NCBI RefSeq assembly: GCF_902459465.1 | Contig: NC_047071.1 | Span: 2,170,001 to 2,234,000 of the forward strand | Source of the DNA: Asterias rubens | Taxonomy: Eukaryota | DNA: 64,000 nt | Direction: 5' to 3' | Shown: positions 1-13,000 of the stretch, piece after piece | Layout: every line of letters starts with the position of its first letter | Numbering within the stretch: position 1 is the first letter of the stretch | Made by a program: the position numbers and the translations under genes | Notes under the pieces: generated by a model | What the model was told of the DNA's origin: nothing | The model's input: only the letters and a program-made list of their open reading frames with translations | Database searches by the model: none

Positions 1-1275
1 ACCCACACAATATTTCTGCGAGTTAGAGGTATGTTGAATGATTTGAACGATTACCACTTGAAACGGCTGGGTTAACAAACTGCAACTCTCGTGCGTACAT
101 TCAAAAATTAGGAACCCAGTAATTAGCATGATTTTGTTTCCTTCACCTGTTCACACATTAAAAACTAACATACGTACATGTACATTGTACCAGACATGTT
201 TGAGCACTGTTGATTTTTTTTAAACAGGATTCACCCTCATTCTAACAAAATTGTCTCCACCAAACTGTCAACTCTGATGTTGGTAAAGTTTCTGGCCCCT
301 TTGCTAGAAGCTTTTTATTATAATGTTTGTATCCATGGATGTCCAAACATTTTTATCGGGAAACTACTGAGTATACAGTGCTTTTAAGCACATCAATGTA
401 AGGAACTGTAAAACCAACTAATATTCTTTATCTGCAAAGCAAAGTTAACATCTACATGTTATATATATATCCACTTCCTTGTGTGGCTATGATGAACTAC
501 ATGTTATGTACACAAGCAACCAGTCATGCAACTATTTAAAAAAACACATAAAAAAACAAAAAACATTGCAGTCTCCATAAAACATAACATTTGAAGTCGT
601 TTCTGGTGTCTGAGCACAAAATTGCCTGCAGCCTGCATGAGCGCTTATGTGGGACAACCATGCTCTTTGGCTCTTTTGTGTGATGTCACAGGTGACACGG
701 TCTTTACAAAAATTCAACAATACAAATTGTGGTGACTCTATTATGCCTATAAAAGTCATAAATTTAAATCATACTGGAATCACAGTGTCTGTTTTTTTAT
801 TTCAGTATTGAAAGTGTTGATAGATATTTTGTATTTTTGAATTTCTGGCTTGTACATGGCAACAACATGTACATTGTGTGACTGAGTGAACAAGGGCAAG
901 GTTTACATTTGCAAAGGGCACTTCAGTGGGAAATCTTTAAAGTCATGGGATAATTTTGAAAGGGCAAAATTCCAATAATTTGTAACGCCTGTTTGGGACA
1001 GATCATCTAGCTGCTCTATGGCCATTGATTTTGATTTTATTTAACAATCCCCACAGAGTTCTATAAATTATATCAAGCGTACAAAAACAAAAAGGAAAAT
1101 GCAAACAAGAATTTAAAAGTTTAACTCAAGGAATTGTCAAGGATAACACAAATAAAACCTAAAAATGCTTATTTCCATTGTGGTCCTCAACGTCGAAAAA
1201 TACATTCAAAACACACTCAAGAGGACAAAACATTAAGACAAACCATAATAATATGTAATGCTTGTTTTTGAACAG

Positions 1276-1914
1276 ATCGTCTAGCTGCTCTGTGGCCGTT
1301 CATTGGAATAATGAGTGAAGTCATCTTGCTTATCATCATTATCTTCATTCATGAGAAATGTACCCAAGGAGACGACTTCGGTGAAGAGGATGAGGAAGAA
1401 GAGGAAGGAGCTGAACCGTAAGTTTTTATCCTTGAAATATATTTCCTTTCATTTCTTTTATTGGCTCTGCTTACCGCCAATTCTGCACTTACAATTACCA
1501 TTCTCAGCTTGACGACAAGTGCCAAATTTCTCCGCAAAGCCTTGTAAGCGTAGAATGACTATTAATGTGGAGTACGCACACGCACAAGCTAAAAGTCCCT
1601 TCTAAACTGTGAAATACACTTGACTTAAAGGTACAAAATTCGTTAGCGCTGATTGTTTGCTTACGACAAACACAAAATTGGGCCCTGGTCATTGCCTTGG
1701 TGCCCTTGAAATGCTACAGTTTAAATTTACAGTTTCCTCATAGGTTGCCTTTACCAAGGAGAAAATGCCTAGGTGCCCTTGCCCTTTCAAAAAGGAAGCC
1801 TGATTATGTAAAAGTTGCAAACTTCTTTTCCTTTTTTCTTGCAGTATCAAAGAGAAAGAGAAGATCAGTTTGGACGGTGAAGGAGATATGCGAATGAGAA
1901 GCAGCAACCAGTGA
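1276..1914 (+). CDS. BSG: Basigin/neuroplastin/embigin family Ig-membrane protein, last two coding exons (upstream exons not found in window)
   Basis: Exon 1276-1417 (AG/GT flanked) encodes (D)[47 protein letters not shown], matching the family TM motif LAALWPFLGIxAEVxxLxxIIFIYEK with its intramembrane Glu. It splices in phase 2 to exon 1845-1914, [22 protein letters not shown], resembling the RQRNxx C-terminus. Confidence 0.9.
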
Positions 1915-3466
1915 CTAACCAAAAGGACATGGCAAAATAGACCACAGACTCGAGTCCACCCTGAATAAAGAAAGAGATGGACAATATGACTCAATCTTCA
2001 CTCGACCGTCAAAATTCCCTTCCCTATCTCAGGCAAGTTTATGGTTCAGTATGACTCAATTCAGTGTTGATCATCCATAGTTCCTTCACTGTCAAAAGCA
2101 AAATAATGACAGCATATGACTTTCCTTTAGTAAACACAACCTTGTCCTTCTCGAGAAAGAGTTTTCTTCAGAATTACTCCTATCTAGGAAGATACTCCCT
2201 TATATAAAGTAAAACAAATTAAAATTGCAACCCTTATTAAAAAAAAAAAAAATTGAGCTTGTGGTTCAACACAAATTAATAACTTGGAACTGTACTTTCC
2301 AGTCACATAAAAACTTACAATTTTCTTTCAAATAAAAGTAAACCATTACTGATTTCCATACACCACATGACGTAGAGTAATTACAGTGTAGCCCATAATT
2401 TGTTTGGGTATAATGCTAATTATAGATGTCGGGTATATGGAATGAACATACTTTGCATTGCTTAAAAAGTATAAATTTCACAGCAAACAAGTAGTTTGTA
2501 TTTTATCAAAAGAGGACTGACAAAGTTGGGGTTAATAAAACAAAAATACACGCTGGACAAGAAATGTGAGAAATAAATTACCCCTTTCTGAAATACTGAT
2601 CAACAAATATAGCTTTGAAAGAAAGTTAAAAAAGAACGAGTTAATAATAAAAAAATTGAATTGGGGAGCAATAAATACTTTCAACTGTTGTTTTTTATTG
2701 AATCATTTTTTATGAACTATTTTTTAATGTATCCATCATGGGTTGTGTTTTGTAATTGTTTTTTCACCATTTTTTGGGGGCATTTTACAAATCTTTTTGT
2801 GTGTTTTAATTCATTTGTATTTTTTGGGGTTGGGGTAATTTTGTTGTTTCTCAATTAAGGAGAGGTGGGGTGGGGATGCTTGATATAGCTCCTTCTACAA
2901 GTGCTTCTAGTGCTTGACCTAAAGGGATGGATACATGTATGTAAGTGATGACCATGATCAAATGTAGGGTTGTGCTTTTGGCGGTTAATCATTAATATTT
3001 CAGTCGTTGGCCAGTGATTAATCAATGGCCAATTCAACCGAAACAGTTATTGGTTATGACTGCCAAAATTCACCTCAAGTTAATATTATACGTCTCTAAA
3101 CTATGTTTGCATTATTTCCTATCAGCATTGGAGGAAAAGAATGCACAGTGTATGATAAATATGCACATTGTTTTTTTCTATTCAGTCATCCATTCATTCT
3201 TATTCCATAATACTCTTGATGTGTCCAATAGGTAGTAATTGTGAATTGAGTTACCTCTAATCCAACTAATTGAAATAACTGCTGCTTGTTCATTGTTGTG
3301 GCTGTGTGATCATTTCCTTTTAAAAGCTAAAAGGGGCTCTGTCGTAATGATAAATGCAGGCATGTGGTTAGTCTTATACAGGACTCTTCCTCTGTGGTGT
3401 ACCCAAATCCTAAATAATTTACAGTTTAAAGGGACTGTGTAGTCATCATCAATGCACGCCTGTGTT

Positions 3467-3590
3467 GGCTGTACATGGATAACTCTAACCCAGTTACTGC
3501 ACAGGCGCGTGCAACATCTGTATCATATCTATACATTGTTCGTGCGCACTTTCAATAACTGGGTGAGAGTTAAATATTGCATGTACAGCC
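3467..3590. mobile_element. Small MITE in the basigin 3' region
   Basis: GGCTGTACATG...AACTCTAACCCAGTTA / TAACTGGGTGAGAGTT...CATGTACAGCC. Confidence 0.6.
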
Positions 3591-6101
3591 ACAGATGACA
3601 CGGTCCTTTGGAATACTAAACTTTAATTCAATCATGACAATTATCAATTTAATGTACTGTATGATAATTAATTTTATGCAAAACAGGTGCATGGTAGTTA
3701 GGTTAAATTCACAACTCAAAATATCACACAGCTATTCAATGAATTGAAGCAGTTTTTGTTTTGGGAATTTTTTATCAGTGGTTAATAGTGCTAAACGAAA
3801 TGTAAAATTTTGATGTAACCAGTGAAATAATATCAAATTCAAGTAGTTGTACATGTATTTATAACAGTGTGTAAGAGATCTTTTTGCATTGATCTTTTTC
3901 TAATAATGCATTTAATAAGTATTGTAACTTGTAGAAAAATTAAGGGAAATTCATGGATTATTGATTTATGACAAAGTTTTTTTATTATATTGTCCCTTTC
4001 AAATAACAACAGCTACATTTGTAGTTGCTTGCTCCAAGAAAAGTTATAAGGCTGAAAATATTGATTTTTCAATTTTACAAGAGTGATTTATTTCTCTTGT
4101 GGAGAGAGATGTTTTACACAAAACTTGACAAAAGTGTTCATTGTCCGCTAAAACATTGACACAAAAACCTCAGAATTGGTGAAATCATGTTCGTAATGCC
4201 TAGACCATAAATGGTTTGAAATCTATGCTTTCTTGAACAAAAAAAAATGTTCTATAAAATATAGGAAGGATTTTTACTTCGTGGTGTCATCGTGAGACCA
4301 TTTGCAGCTTGATTGTTCCTATGGTGGTTGTTCAATAATGCTGATAAGAAAACTAGACAGTTAGATTATCCTCAAATACATACCATCATCGTATCATTAT
4401 TGTATCGCGATCGGTATTGAGAACCAATGTGAAAATGGGCTTGGGAAATTTTCTTTGAGGGTATCTGGTGCAGTAACCTGGGCCCAATTTAACAATGTGC
4501 GTGTTGGTAAAAGTGTATTTTATTAAACATAACATTCAAAGAAGATTGTGTGTGCGGTCACAATGGTTAAGCATTCTTAGCATCACTAATCTGCTTTATG
4601 AGCACTGACAATCAAGCATGCCCTTTGCTTTGCAACACTTATGTTATAGAAGCTGGGGAGAAGACGTTTGCTGACAGACTTTTTGAAATTGACCCCAGAT
4701 GAAAACTAACCCATATTTTAAGCAACACAACCTGACTGTTAAAACATTTGCCTCTGTGGTATATGCCATGCCCTGTGGAAGTTATAGTTGTATCATGCAT
4801 TGTATAGCTCATTAGATATGGAGGTCGCCATACATGTAGGCAGTGTTTAAATAACATCAAATATGTGTAAATATAGAAACCAATTTGATCAGGTTATGAT
4901 AATTAATATGACTAGGTTTAGTGGTTACTGCTTGCGTGTAAACAAGATTTGTCCGAAGCAAGTCACATTCACAAAATTTGTACCAAAATAGGAACCCACC
5001 CAATGATATCTGAGATTTGTGCAAATTGAAACATTTTAGCTAAGTCCTAGTTATTAGTTTGTAATTCTTGACCTCCATTGTTGACCTCATTAGTGGTTGC
5101 ACACCATAGCCCTAGAGACCTCTAGCCAAGACGAGAGAACTTCGGAGCCTGAAGCCGAATCCAAAGACGAAGCCGTGAATTTGAAAAGGGCCCTAGTCGT
5201 GGTTTGGTCGTTCATGGCTGTATGGGACTATGTTTCTATACAGGCTGTAGGTCGATACCAAGCACTTGCACTCATTGCACGATGTTTATACTCATCTGAC
5301 AACTATGTCAATATCACCTTATCAATTTCCAAATTGCACTTCATATACCTCCCAAAGTTTTTGTTTATTTACCTGCACTATTTTCAACATTTTTCTGCCC
5401 TCAATTTGTAATCCATCTTCAGTATTTCTAATAACTAATATATATATGTTAATATTTCAAAACTTGTATAAGTTCTGTAGATGACGTAGACTTTTTCAAT
5501 AATATGTGATTTGGTAGTAGAGTGGAATTCGTGTGGAGTGGTGGTGTCATTGCAGTTTGTTGTTATTTTGTGACAATCTAAACCATGTATGTTGTGACAG
5601 TATTATTATGTAACAATTAAGAGGTACATGTATCAATCAGTCTGGCAGCTCATCACTTTTAAGTAGACCACAAACTAAGTGTTACTCAAATTGCAGGTGT
5701 GTTTTTTTTACTTGATAAGTGTCATGGAGTTTGTTGTCTCTAATTAACCAACTTAGGCCATACATGTATTACAAATACATAACTGACGAGCATTGAAATC
5801 ATTTTAAGGTTGGACTCTTGAAATAGTTGATCAAGTTAGTAATATAATACTTGATTAAGTTATGTTACTCCAAGCTTAAGGGATAACAATGGGTTGTATA
5901 CACTTCATTATAACTATGGTTGAGTGTAATTAGAAAACAGATTTTCTTTATGCATGAACTTTAACCACTGACAAAATTATCTTTTTAGTTATTATTATTT
6001 TATTTTATTGTGTTAATACCTGGAAGTTCTTCTCTCGTAGTTTTTGAAAACAAATTGGATACATATCTGGTCAAAAAGCTACCTTACACTTCACATCTTA
6101 A

Positions 6102-6483
6102 AGGGACACATTGCCTTGGATCGGTCGAGTTGGTCTTTGAAAAGCGTTTGTAACCGTTTTTTATAAAATGCATATGGGTAGAAAGATGTTGTAAAAGTAG
6201 AATACAATGATCCACACAAACATGCCTCGAAATTGCGTGGTTTTCCTTTTACCTCGACGACTAACACGTCGGCCTTTTATGGGGGTCAAAATTTTGACTC
6301 CCATAAATGGCTGACCGTGTTAGTTCGCACAGTAGAAGAAAAACCACGCAATTTCGAGGCAAACTTGTGTGGATCATTGTATTCTACTTTTAAAACATCT
6401 TTCCAACCATATGCATTATATAAAAAACGGTTACAGACGCTTTTGTTTTGACCAACTCGTCCGTTCCAAGGCAACGTGTTCCT
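6102..6483. mobile_element. Palindromic MITE, Kolobok-like (family D)
   Basis: TTAA|AGGGACACATTGCCTTGGA...TCCAAGGCAACGTGTTCCT|TTAA; nearly the whole element is an inverted repeat. Remnants at about 13314-13480 and 16510-16600. Confidence 0.85.
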
Positions 6484-7297
6484 TTAACAGGATCGAGTCC
6501 ACACTTTAATTTGTAATTTTATGTGTAGGCATTAATGTTGTATTTAGTTCTGGTCGCTTTATATCAATTGCAAACATTGGTTGTAAATTATGAGTAAAAG
6601 CATGTAAGTATTTGCGTTATTTTTTAATTATCATTCATATTGTTATTCTTAAAGAAAAACATCACAGAACCAGAACCTAATTGTGCACTGTACATCACAT
6701 ATTTTGTGAAAATGCCATGTACATTTTGCTTCTAATATGATTTAATAGAAGGCTCTAAAAATGGGCCTACATTTTCTATTTACAAGGGTCACACTTTATG
6801 TTGTTAGGCTGTAAAATAATTTAACTTTAAAAGATTTAAATTATCTGATAGAAAATTTAAACATTAAGTTGACAATAAAATGCCAGCCGCGGCGCTAAAA
6901 GTAACAAAGTACAAAGTTTTATGCAATAAAGCAATAAATTCAATAACCCAAATCATAACAAACAAACATAGTAAAACGACAATAACATGATTTCATGTAC
7001 CAGAAAAAAATACATTATTTGTTTTAAACCTTGTATATTATGCAATGAGTTATTTTAATTTAAAATTATTGAACGTCTCAAATTGTGGTGATGGTTAATG
7101 AACCAGCCAGCAGTAAGCTCATGTCTTTTACTGTGTTAGCATATTTTGGTGCGATTTTTCTGTTTTATTATTATTACAAAAAAAAGTTCTAATGGTGAGT
7201 TGATTAAACAAGTATGTTAACTAAATTTGCTCTGTCTGTTAAATTGTTGTCCTTTCTCTTTCTAACGATAATACGAATAAAAGCTAATATCGCGGCC

Positions 7298-7445
7298 AAT
7301 GGGAGACTTTCTGGGACGATAGAGGGCAGCAGACTTACCGGGTAAATCCATTGTTCTCAGAATTATGCGCATGTTCAGAACTACGTAAACAATGGGAATT
7401 TACCCGGTATGTCTGCTGCCGCCTAGCGTTGGAAAGTCTCCTATT
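7298..7445. mobile_element. Palindromic MITE
   Basis: AATGGGAGACTTTC...GGCAGCAGACTTACCGGGTAAAT / ATTTACCCGGTATGTCTGCTGCC...GAAAGTCTCCTATT. Confidence 0.7.
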
Positions 7446-7574
7446 TCAACATATGATTGTTGGTATCCTCAACAAACCTGAAAGCTGAAGAACAAGACAT
7501 TTTCATTCCTTACCAAGAACGAGATGTGACTCTTTCTTTTTATTCATGAATCAAAAGCATTGTCCTTTGAAAGC

Positions 7575-7940
7575 AACGTTTCAACATATTTAAATAGACA
7601 ATGATATTTGGGATACCATTTTGAGCATGTGCATATTATAAATACAAAACGGTGAAGGGAACATGTAAAGATGGCAAACGAAGTCAAATACGTGAACAGA
7701 TTACGCCCCCCCCCCCCCCCAAAAAAAAAAAAAGAAGTAAAAAAGAATATGATAGTCGTGAAACAAAACGCGATAAAACTGACAATAATGTTCCCCTATA
7801 TATGTTTCAACAGATATATACAAAAATATTTGGGAAACCAGCTGAGCAGTTGAGCATGTGCTTACAAATACCAAACAGTGAAGGGAACACTATAAGATGG
7901 CAAGCGAAGAAGTCAAACACATGAACAGATTACCCCAGAT
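7575..7940. repeat. Imperfect direct duplication with about 230-bp period
   Basis: TTGAGCATGTGC...GTGAAGGGAACA...GAACAGATTAC at 7621 and 7851. Confidence 0.75.
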
Positions 7941-8572
7941 TTCAACACCCATTCTCGAATTAGACGTGTAGAAATATACACGGACCTATTCTTTGTTGTA
8001 TATTTATATACGGACAAAAAAGTTTTTTTTAAACAAAAGGCGCATAAACTTAAAGAGGGAAACGTACATTTCTACTGGAACGTGTCAAAGGGCACCAAGG
8101 AAATTTCCACGGTCATTGCATTGAGGTAAATGCCTATAAGTATCAGTGCTTAACAGAAAGCCGGCCACCCTTGTAGTTGACACATTAAATGCCACTTTGA
8201 CCGGGTCATTATTATTTCACAATAGCTGTTGTTTGTTCACATGCTTACCTTGGCTGATGCAGGTATGACACTTGATTCACCTTGCAATAACGTTTCTTGG
8301 CCGTCCCTTCATTTGCATGATAAACGCCTGCGAAGCATGCACCAACTCCGTTAACAAACACCGTTCCTGTTATTCCTGTGAGCGGTATTTATTTTCCACG
8401 CAACTCATTATTTCCAGGGGGGTCGTCCATCAGAACACAACTGGTGGTACCACCAGTTTGGGTGTTTATGGTGGCCGCCCACCTCTAGTCAATTTTAATT
8501 CAAACTCAAGTGGAAAAAAGTGGCGTGGTGTTGTTTGATGCGAATAGTTTACCATGGCCTTCTGGGATACCT

Positions 8573-8910
8573 CTGCGCCTTTCACTTTGGGACGAAGTAA
8601 TGTTCGTGACCATACATTCAAATTCCAGCCAATCAACAAAGGCCATTCTCAGACCAGGTGTTAATGTTTTACCAAATGAGGGCAATCACTGCGCCTTTCA
8701 CGTTGGGACGCAGTAACGTTAAGGAGCATCCATTCAACTTCCAGCCAATCAACAAAGCCCATTCTCGGAACAGGTGTTAATTGTTTACCAAATAAGGGCA
8801 ATCACTGCGCCTTTCACGTTGGGACGAAGTAGAGTTCGGGCGCATACATTCTACTTCGTCCAGCCAATCAACAAAGCCCATAGTCAGAACATGTGTTAAT
8901 TGTTTACAAA
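8573..8910. repeat. Tandem array, 116-bp unit, about 3 copies
   Basis: CTGCGCCTTTCAC starts at 8573, 8689 and 8805; every unit carries CCAGCCAATCA. Confidence 0.9.
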
Positions 8911-10077
8911 TTGTGGACAATGCTCACGTGTAGGTGATTGAATAGCTGTCACTCAAAGTGGTAATTATGTCATGTAGATTCTGTCCTTAGCTGATGAACA
9001 ATGTCTGAGCTTATTTCGTTGATCTAAAAGGATACCGTAAATGTATACATAATTTCAAATCACTTGACATCATGTTTACTAACTATTATACGTTATTTAT
9101 TGTTTTAATTCGGAAATTAGGTTAGCAATCTAGTTGTGTGATTTTCTATTGCTTCTAAATAATGAGGTCACTTTTGTCCTGACTGTTCGTAGAGTGTACA
9201 TTTATTTATACACAATACTTTTTTTTCCTTCAAACAACCAAAATATGTCATGGTTTTCCACATGACCACAAACCATACAAACATAACTGGAAAAGTGCGT
9301 ATTCAGTTTGATAAGATAATTATTTGGTTTCTAAAACATGAAGTTTTAAATGATTTTTTTTTCTTTTCCGGATCGTAAACAAAAGAAAGTATACAACATT
9401 GATAATGTCGATGCTGCTGTCATTAATGCATTGATAATTAATTTCTAAGTCAAGGTACGTTAGCCTACAAATTGCATTCGTTTTATTAATGTTATCGCTC
9501 GCGAGAAAATTATGATATTTCTTTTTTATTAACAACATTGTTTTGCTTCTAATCTTTTTCTGTTCATACTTAAATTTAAATGCAAAATTAAGCAGTCGTA
9601 TTACTTTTGCTTGTGAGCCTTATTTGATTTTGTTTTCTTGATCGATTAAATAGGCAAACAGCTATTATTTTTTTGGTGACTATACGTTCATTGTTTATGT
9701 TAAAGTTACAATAGACCCACATCTTCAATGATTTTTCTTTTTTTAAACCATATCGCACCTTTTGCTGAATCAGGAACCGAGCGCATTCAAGATGTTATTC
9801 TAAATGCCAAAATAATGCCAGAATATTATTATAAAAAAAGTGTAGTTGAGTTCAATTTCTAAAACCCTTTGAAAACCGACCTTGTTATTCATATAACGCC
9901 AATTGGTTTGAGTCAGTCAAATGCAATACTTTATCATACTGTTGTGATTATTTCGCTGAATGTGTCCTCAATTTTTTAGCCACTGTCGATTTTCTATAGA
10001 CGCCACTGAATATAAAGTATTACATGAAATATAATTGATTGAAAACGAGTTAATTGCCATTCTACATAGCACCACCA

Positions 10078-13000
10078 TCATACGGGTGACGGGTGTCTAT
10101 ATGAGGCATTGTTGCCGAGGGAATCACCACCGATCGGGAAAGATTGGTTTTGAGTCGTGTCGGCTGATGGACCTTCATTTACTTGTAGAATTTCCTCCAT
10201 CGAATCATGTTCAAACTCTTCATGTCTTTTCTCGTTTTCAGTTTCTCTGAAATTACCAAATAATAAAGATGTTGCAGGAACATGACAGTATATACAACTT
10301 TCCCGTGAATGGTACACTTTTACATGTGCCTGTCTCTTGAATAAGTAGCCTAAACAAACGGTTCAATATAGCTCTATCTCGACCCAAAGTGGCATTTTGA
10401 GTTGATGGTTATACTGCTCACCAAGCTGCTTCAAGCACGGTGTAAGTTTGGCAAGACCAGGTGCTCAATTACATAAAACGCTAATATTCATCAATTAATT
10501 ATTCAAATACCACCACACTGTAGTTTATTTTTATTTTTTACATCAATTACATTTTGGGTTAGCAATTAAGCATGATGCTTGCCTGATAAAATTTGCAAGA
10601 TTATTGAATCGGTATCTGGATTATGTTTCGTCAAATTTCAAGGTAGAGCCAACAGTGAATAGTGAACTGGGAATTGGGAGCTGTAACTTACCTCTGAATC
10701 CTCAGATTTGCCGATACAATGGATATATAGGGACTTCCCCTCAACTTTACATACAATAACCCGATTGTAAAGCATTTTGATACTTACCTTACTATTGTTA
10801 CAGAGTCCGGAATTTCAAACAAGCGCTCTGTACTTTTTGACTTGGATGAGTTTTGACCACTCAAAGCAGAGACCAGCGCACTTGAAGGCCTTCCTATTTT
10901 TTCCAGACGTTTTATTGCAACTTCTATCATTGTTTTCCGGACTGAGGGAAATTCCGTCAGAACCTGTAGTAAACAATGAACATTTTTATGTCCTTTCGAG
11001 ATTACGGCAAAATTGAATATTGAATAAACCTCTGGTAAAGAAGTTTCAGTTGTTGAGCCTTCAGCTGAAGAAACTTTTGGCGTAGAGCTTTCAGTTGTAG
11101 AACTTTTAGTTGTAGAAACTTCTGGTGCAGAAATGTTTTGTTTGTTTGCTTGTTTGCTTGTGCAGAAATGTTTTGTTTGTTTGCTTGTTGGGGTGTTTGT
11201 TCATTTGTTTGCTTTTAGTTTTTTTAGGGGGGAGGGCAAGATCAGACAATATGACACAACTTAAAAGTAGTAAAACAACTCGTGAATTAAATATAAAAGT
11301 ATCTCGACTGAGCCACCCTTTGTCATATATTGGTAGTTAAGAGGGCTTTACATCAGTGTTGTAGCTTGACCAATTTTAGTGGCGGGCTCTAAATCCAATT
11401 TAGTTCACCGAGCTTGGGCGAGCGGAAAATTATTCATAAGTTCAGAGGCGAATGAGGAGCAATATTTACCTGTTGAAAGTGTTCGACAGAGAGTGAATAG
11501 AGAGAGCAGTATGTGTCGGTGCGTATGCTGGCAACCCGCTTCTCGTGGGTCAGCAAACAAATTTCTGTCGAGAATTAAAATGTTGATCAGTAAAGGTTTA
11601 TAATTAGTTTTAAATAGACTTTCTAATCTTGAGGGTCAATATAGACTGAAACGCTTTTCTTGACAAAAGTGTCCACCAAAAGAAACTGGAAAACTGTATT
11701 AATATATCCTAAACCTAAAATTGTCATCTTTTGAAATCGTTTGTAAACACAGATAAAAGTCTGAACTATATCATCCCTGACTATAGACCTTTATCACGGT
11801 GCACTGCCATCTTGAATTTCTCCCATTGATATCAAACCGAGGCTGGAAGAACAAATAATAGTCTGGCTCCTAATTGCAAAATGATTATCAGCATTCATTA
11901 TTGTTGTGGAGCGGGGAACGTGGCCAGCATGATAAAGGTCTGTTGAATCTCACCTCCAAAATATGAGCCATCACTTAAAGAAGTCGCAACCTCTCCATCT
12001 GAGGTGATGACATCGACCACGCCCTGCTGAATAAAGAACATCCTGTCCCCGTAGGTCCCCTCCCTAATGATGTAATCGCCAGGCTGGAACACTTCAAACT
12101 TTAGTAGAATCACAACGCGAGAGACGAAGTTGGGATCGGCAACGCTGAAGAACGGTACGCATGCCACGAGTTCGCGGCAGTTGTAGTTAGCAACGTCCTG
12201 GGAAAAACAAAGGCGAAGTGTGTTAGGAATGATTAGTGTTTAATGAACAGAATACTAAAACAATTGCAAAGTCACATAAAACTATATGCAGTAATCAACC
12301 GGTGGGGTGAGAAGACTACGATTTATATCAACCAAGTTATAATACACGAATCGGTTTGTTTGGCAAAAGACGTGCCCGCTAAAGCAAAAGAGACCGATAC
12401 GAAAACTAACCTCTCTGAGTTTGACTGAGATCTCATCGAAAATGACTGACTCGGTGAACATCTTGCCATGGTAACGGTAGTCGTAGTAATCAGTGATGCG
12501 TTCTCTCATTTCACTCGGTAATCTGCGGTAGGCCATGTACTCCTCGACTTGTTTCAACTGTAAAACAGGAGGAAAGTAGATTCTGTGAGCTGCAGTGACT
12601 GGATCTCCACGTTCAACATGTTATTGCGGGCAAGCCCTTGGTGGTGAACGGAGCTCCGCTGGGCCCAGACTGCGCGTGTTAGTAGGCTGCCTTTTTACTT
12701 TAGCAACATCATCACCAGCGACAGTCGACAATTCGGACACGGCTTAATCATTGCTAAGAATAGAAGACAACAAATCTTGCTATAGCAAGTAAGCTAAATG
12801 GGTAAGGAATATTTGTGCTTTTGAACCCTTCTCTGGACTGCGTATTTAGGGTAGGTTAGGTCCATACCGACTCCTGAGATTTGTTCTCTGCCCAACGCAA
12901 AAGGATATCCGACAAAATGATGAGAACATGATATATTTTGGATGTGACTTTACCATGACTTAGCTGGCGTTCATTAATATGTTTACTCAAAGAAAATACC

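Noticed and set aside
5097-5411. 104-aa ORF, and a possible TAG...CTA element at 5107-5230
   Set aside because: No recognisable protein or splice context; the ends pair poorly and no 9-bp TSD was found.
6233-6474. ORFs inside MITEs (also 25639-25890, 47211-47411, 49627-49821, 50033-50263, 58457-58684, 61984-62239)
   Set aside because: Chance frames in non-autonomous repeats with no transposase motifs.
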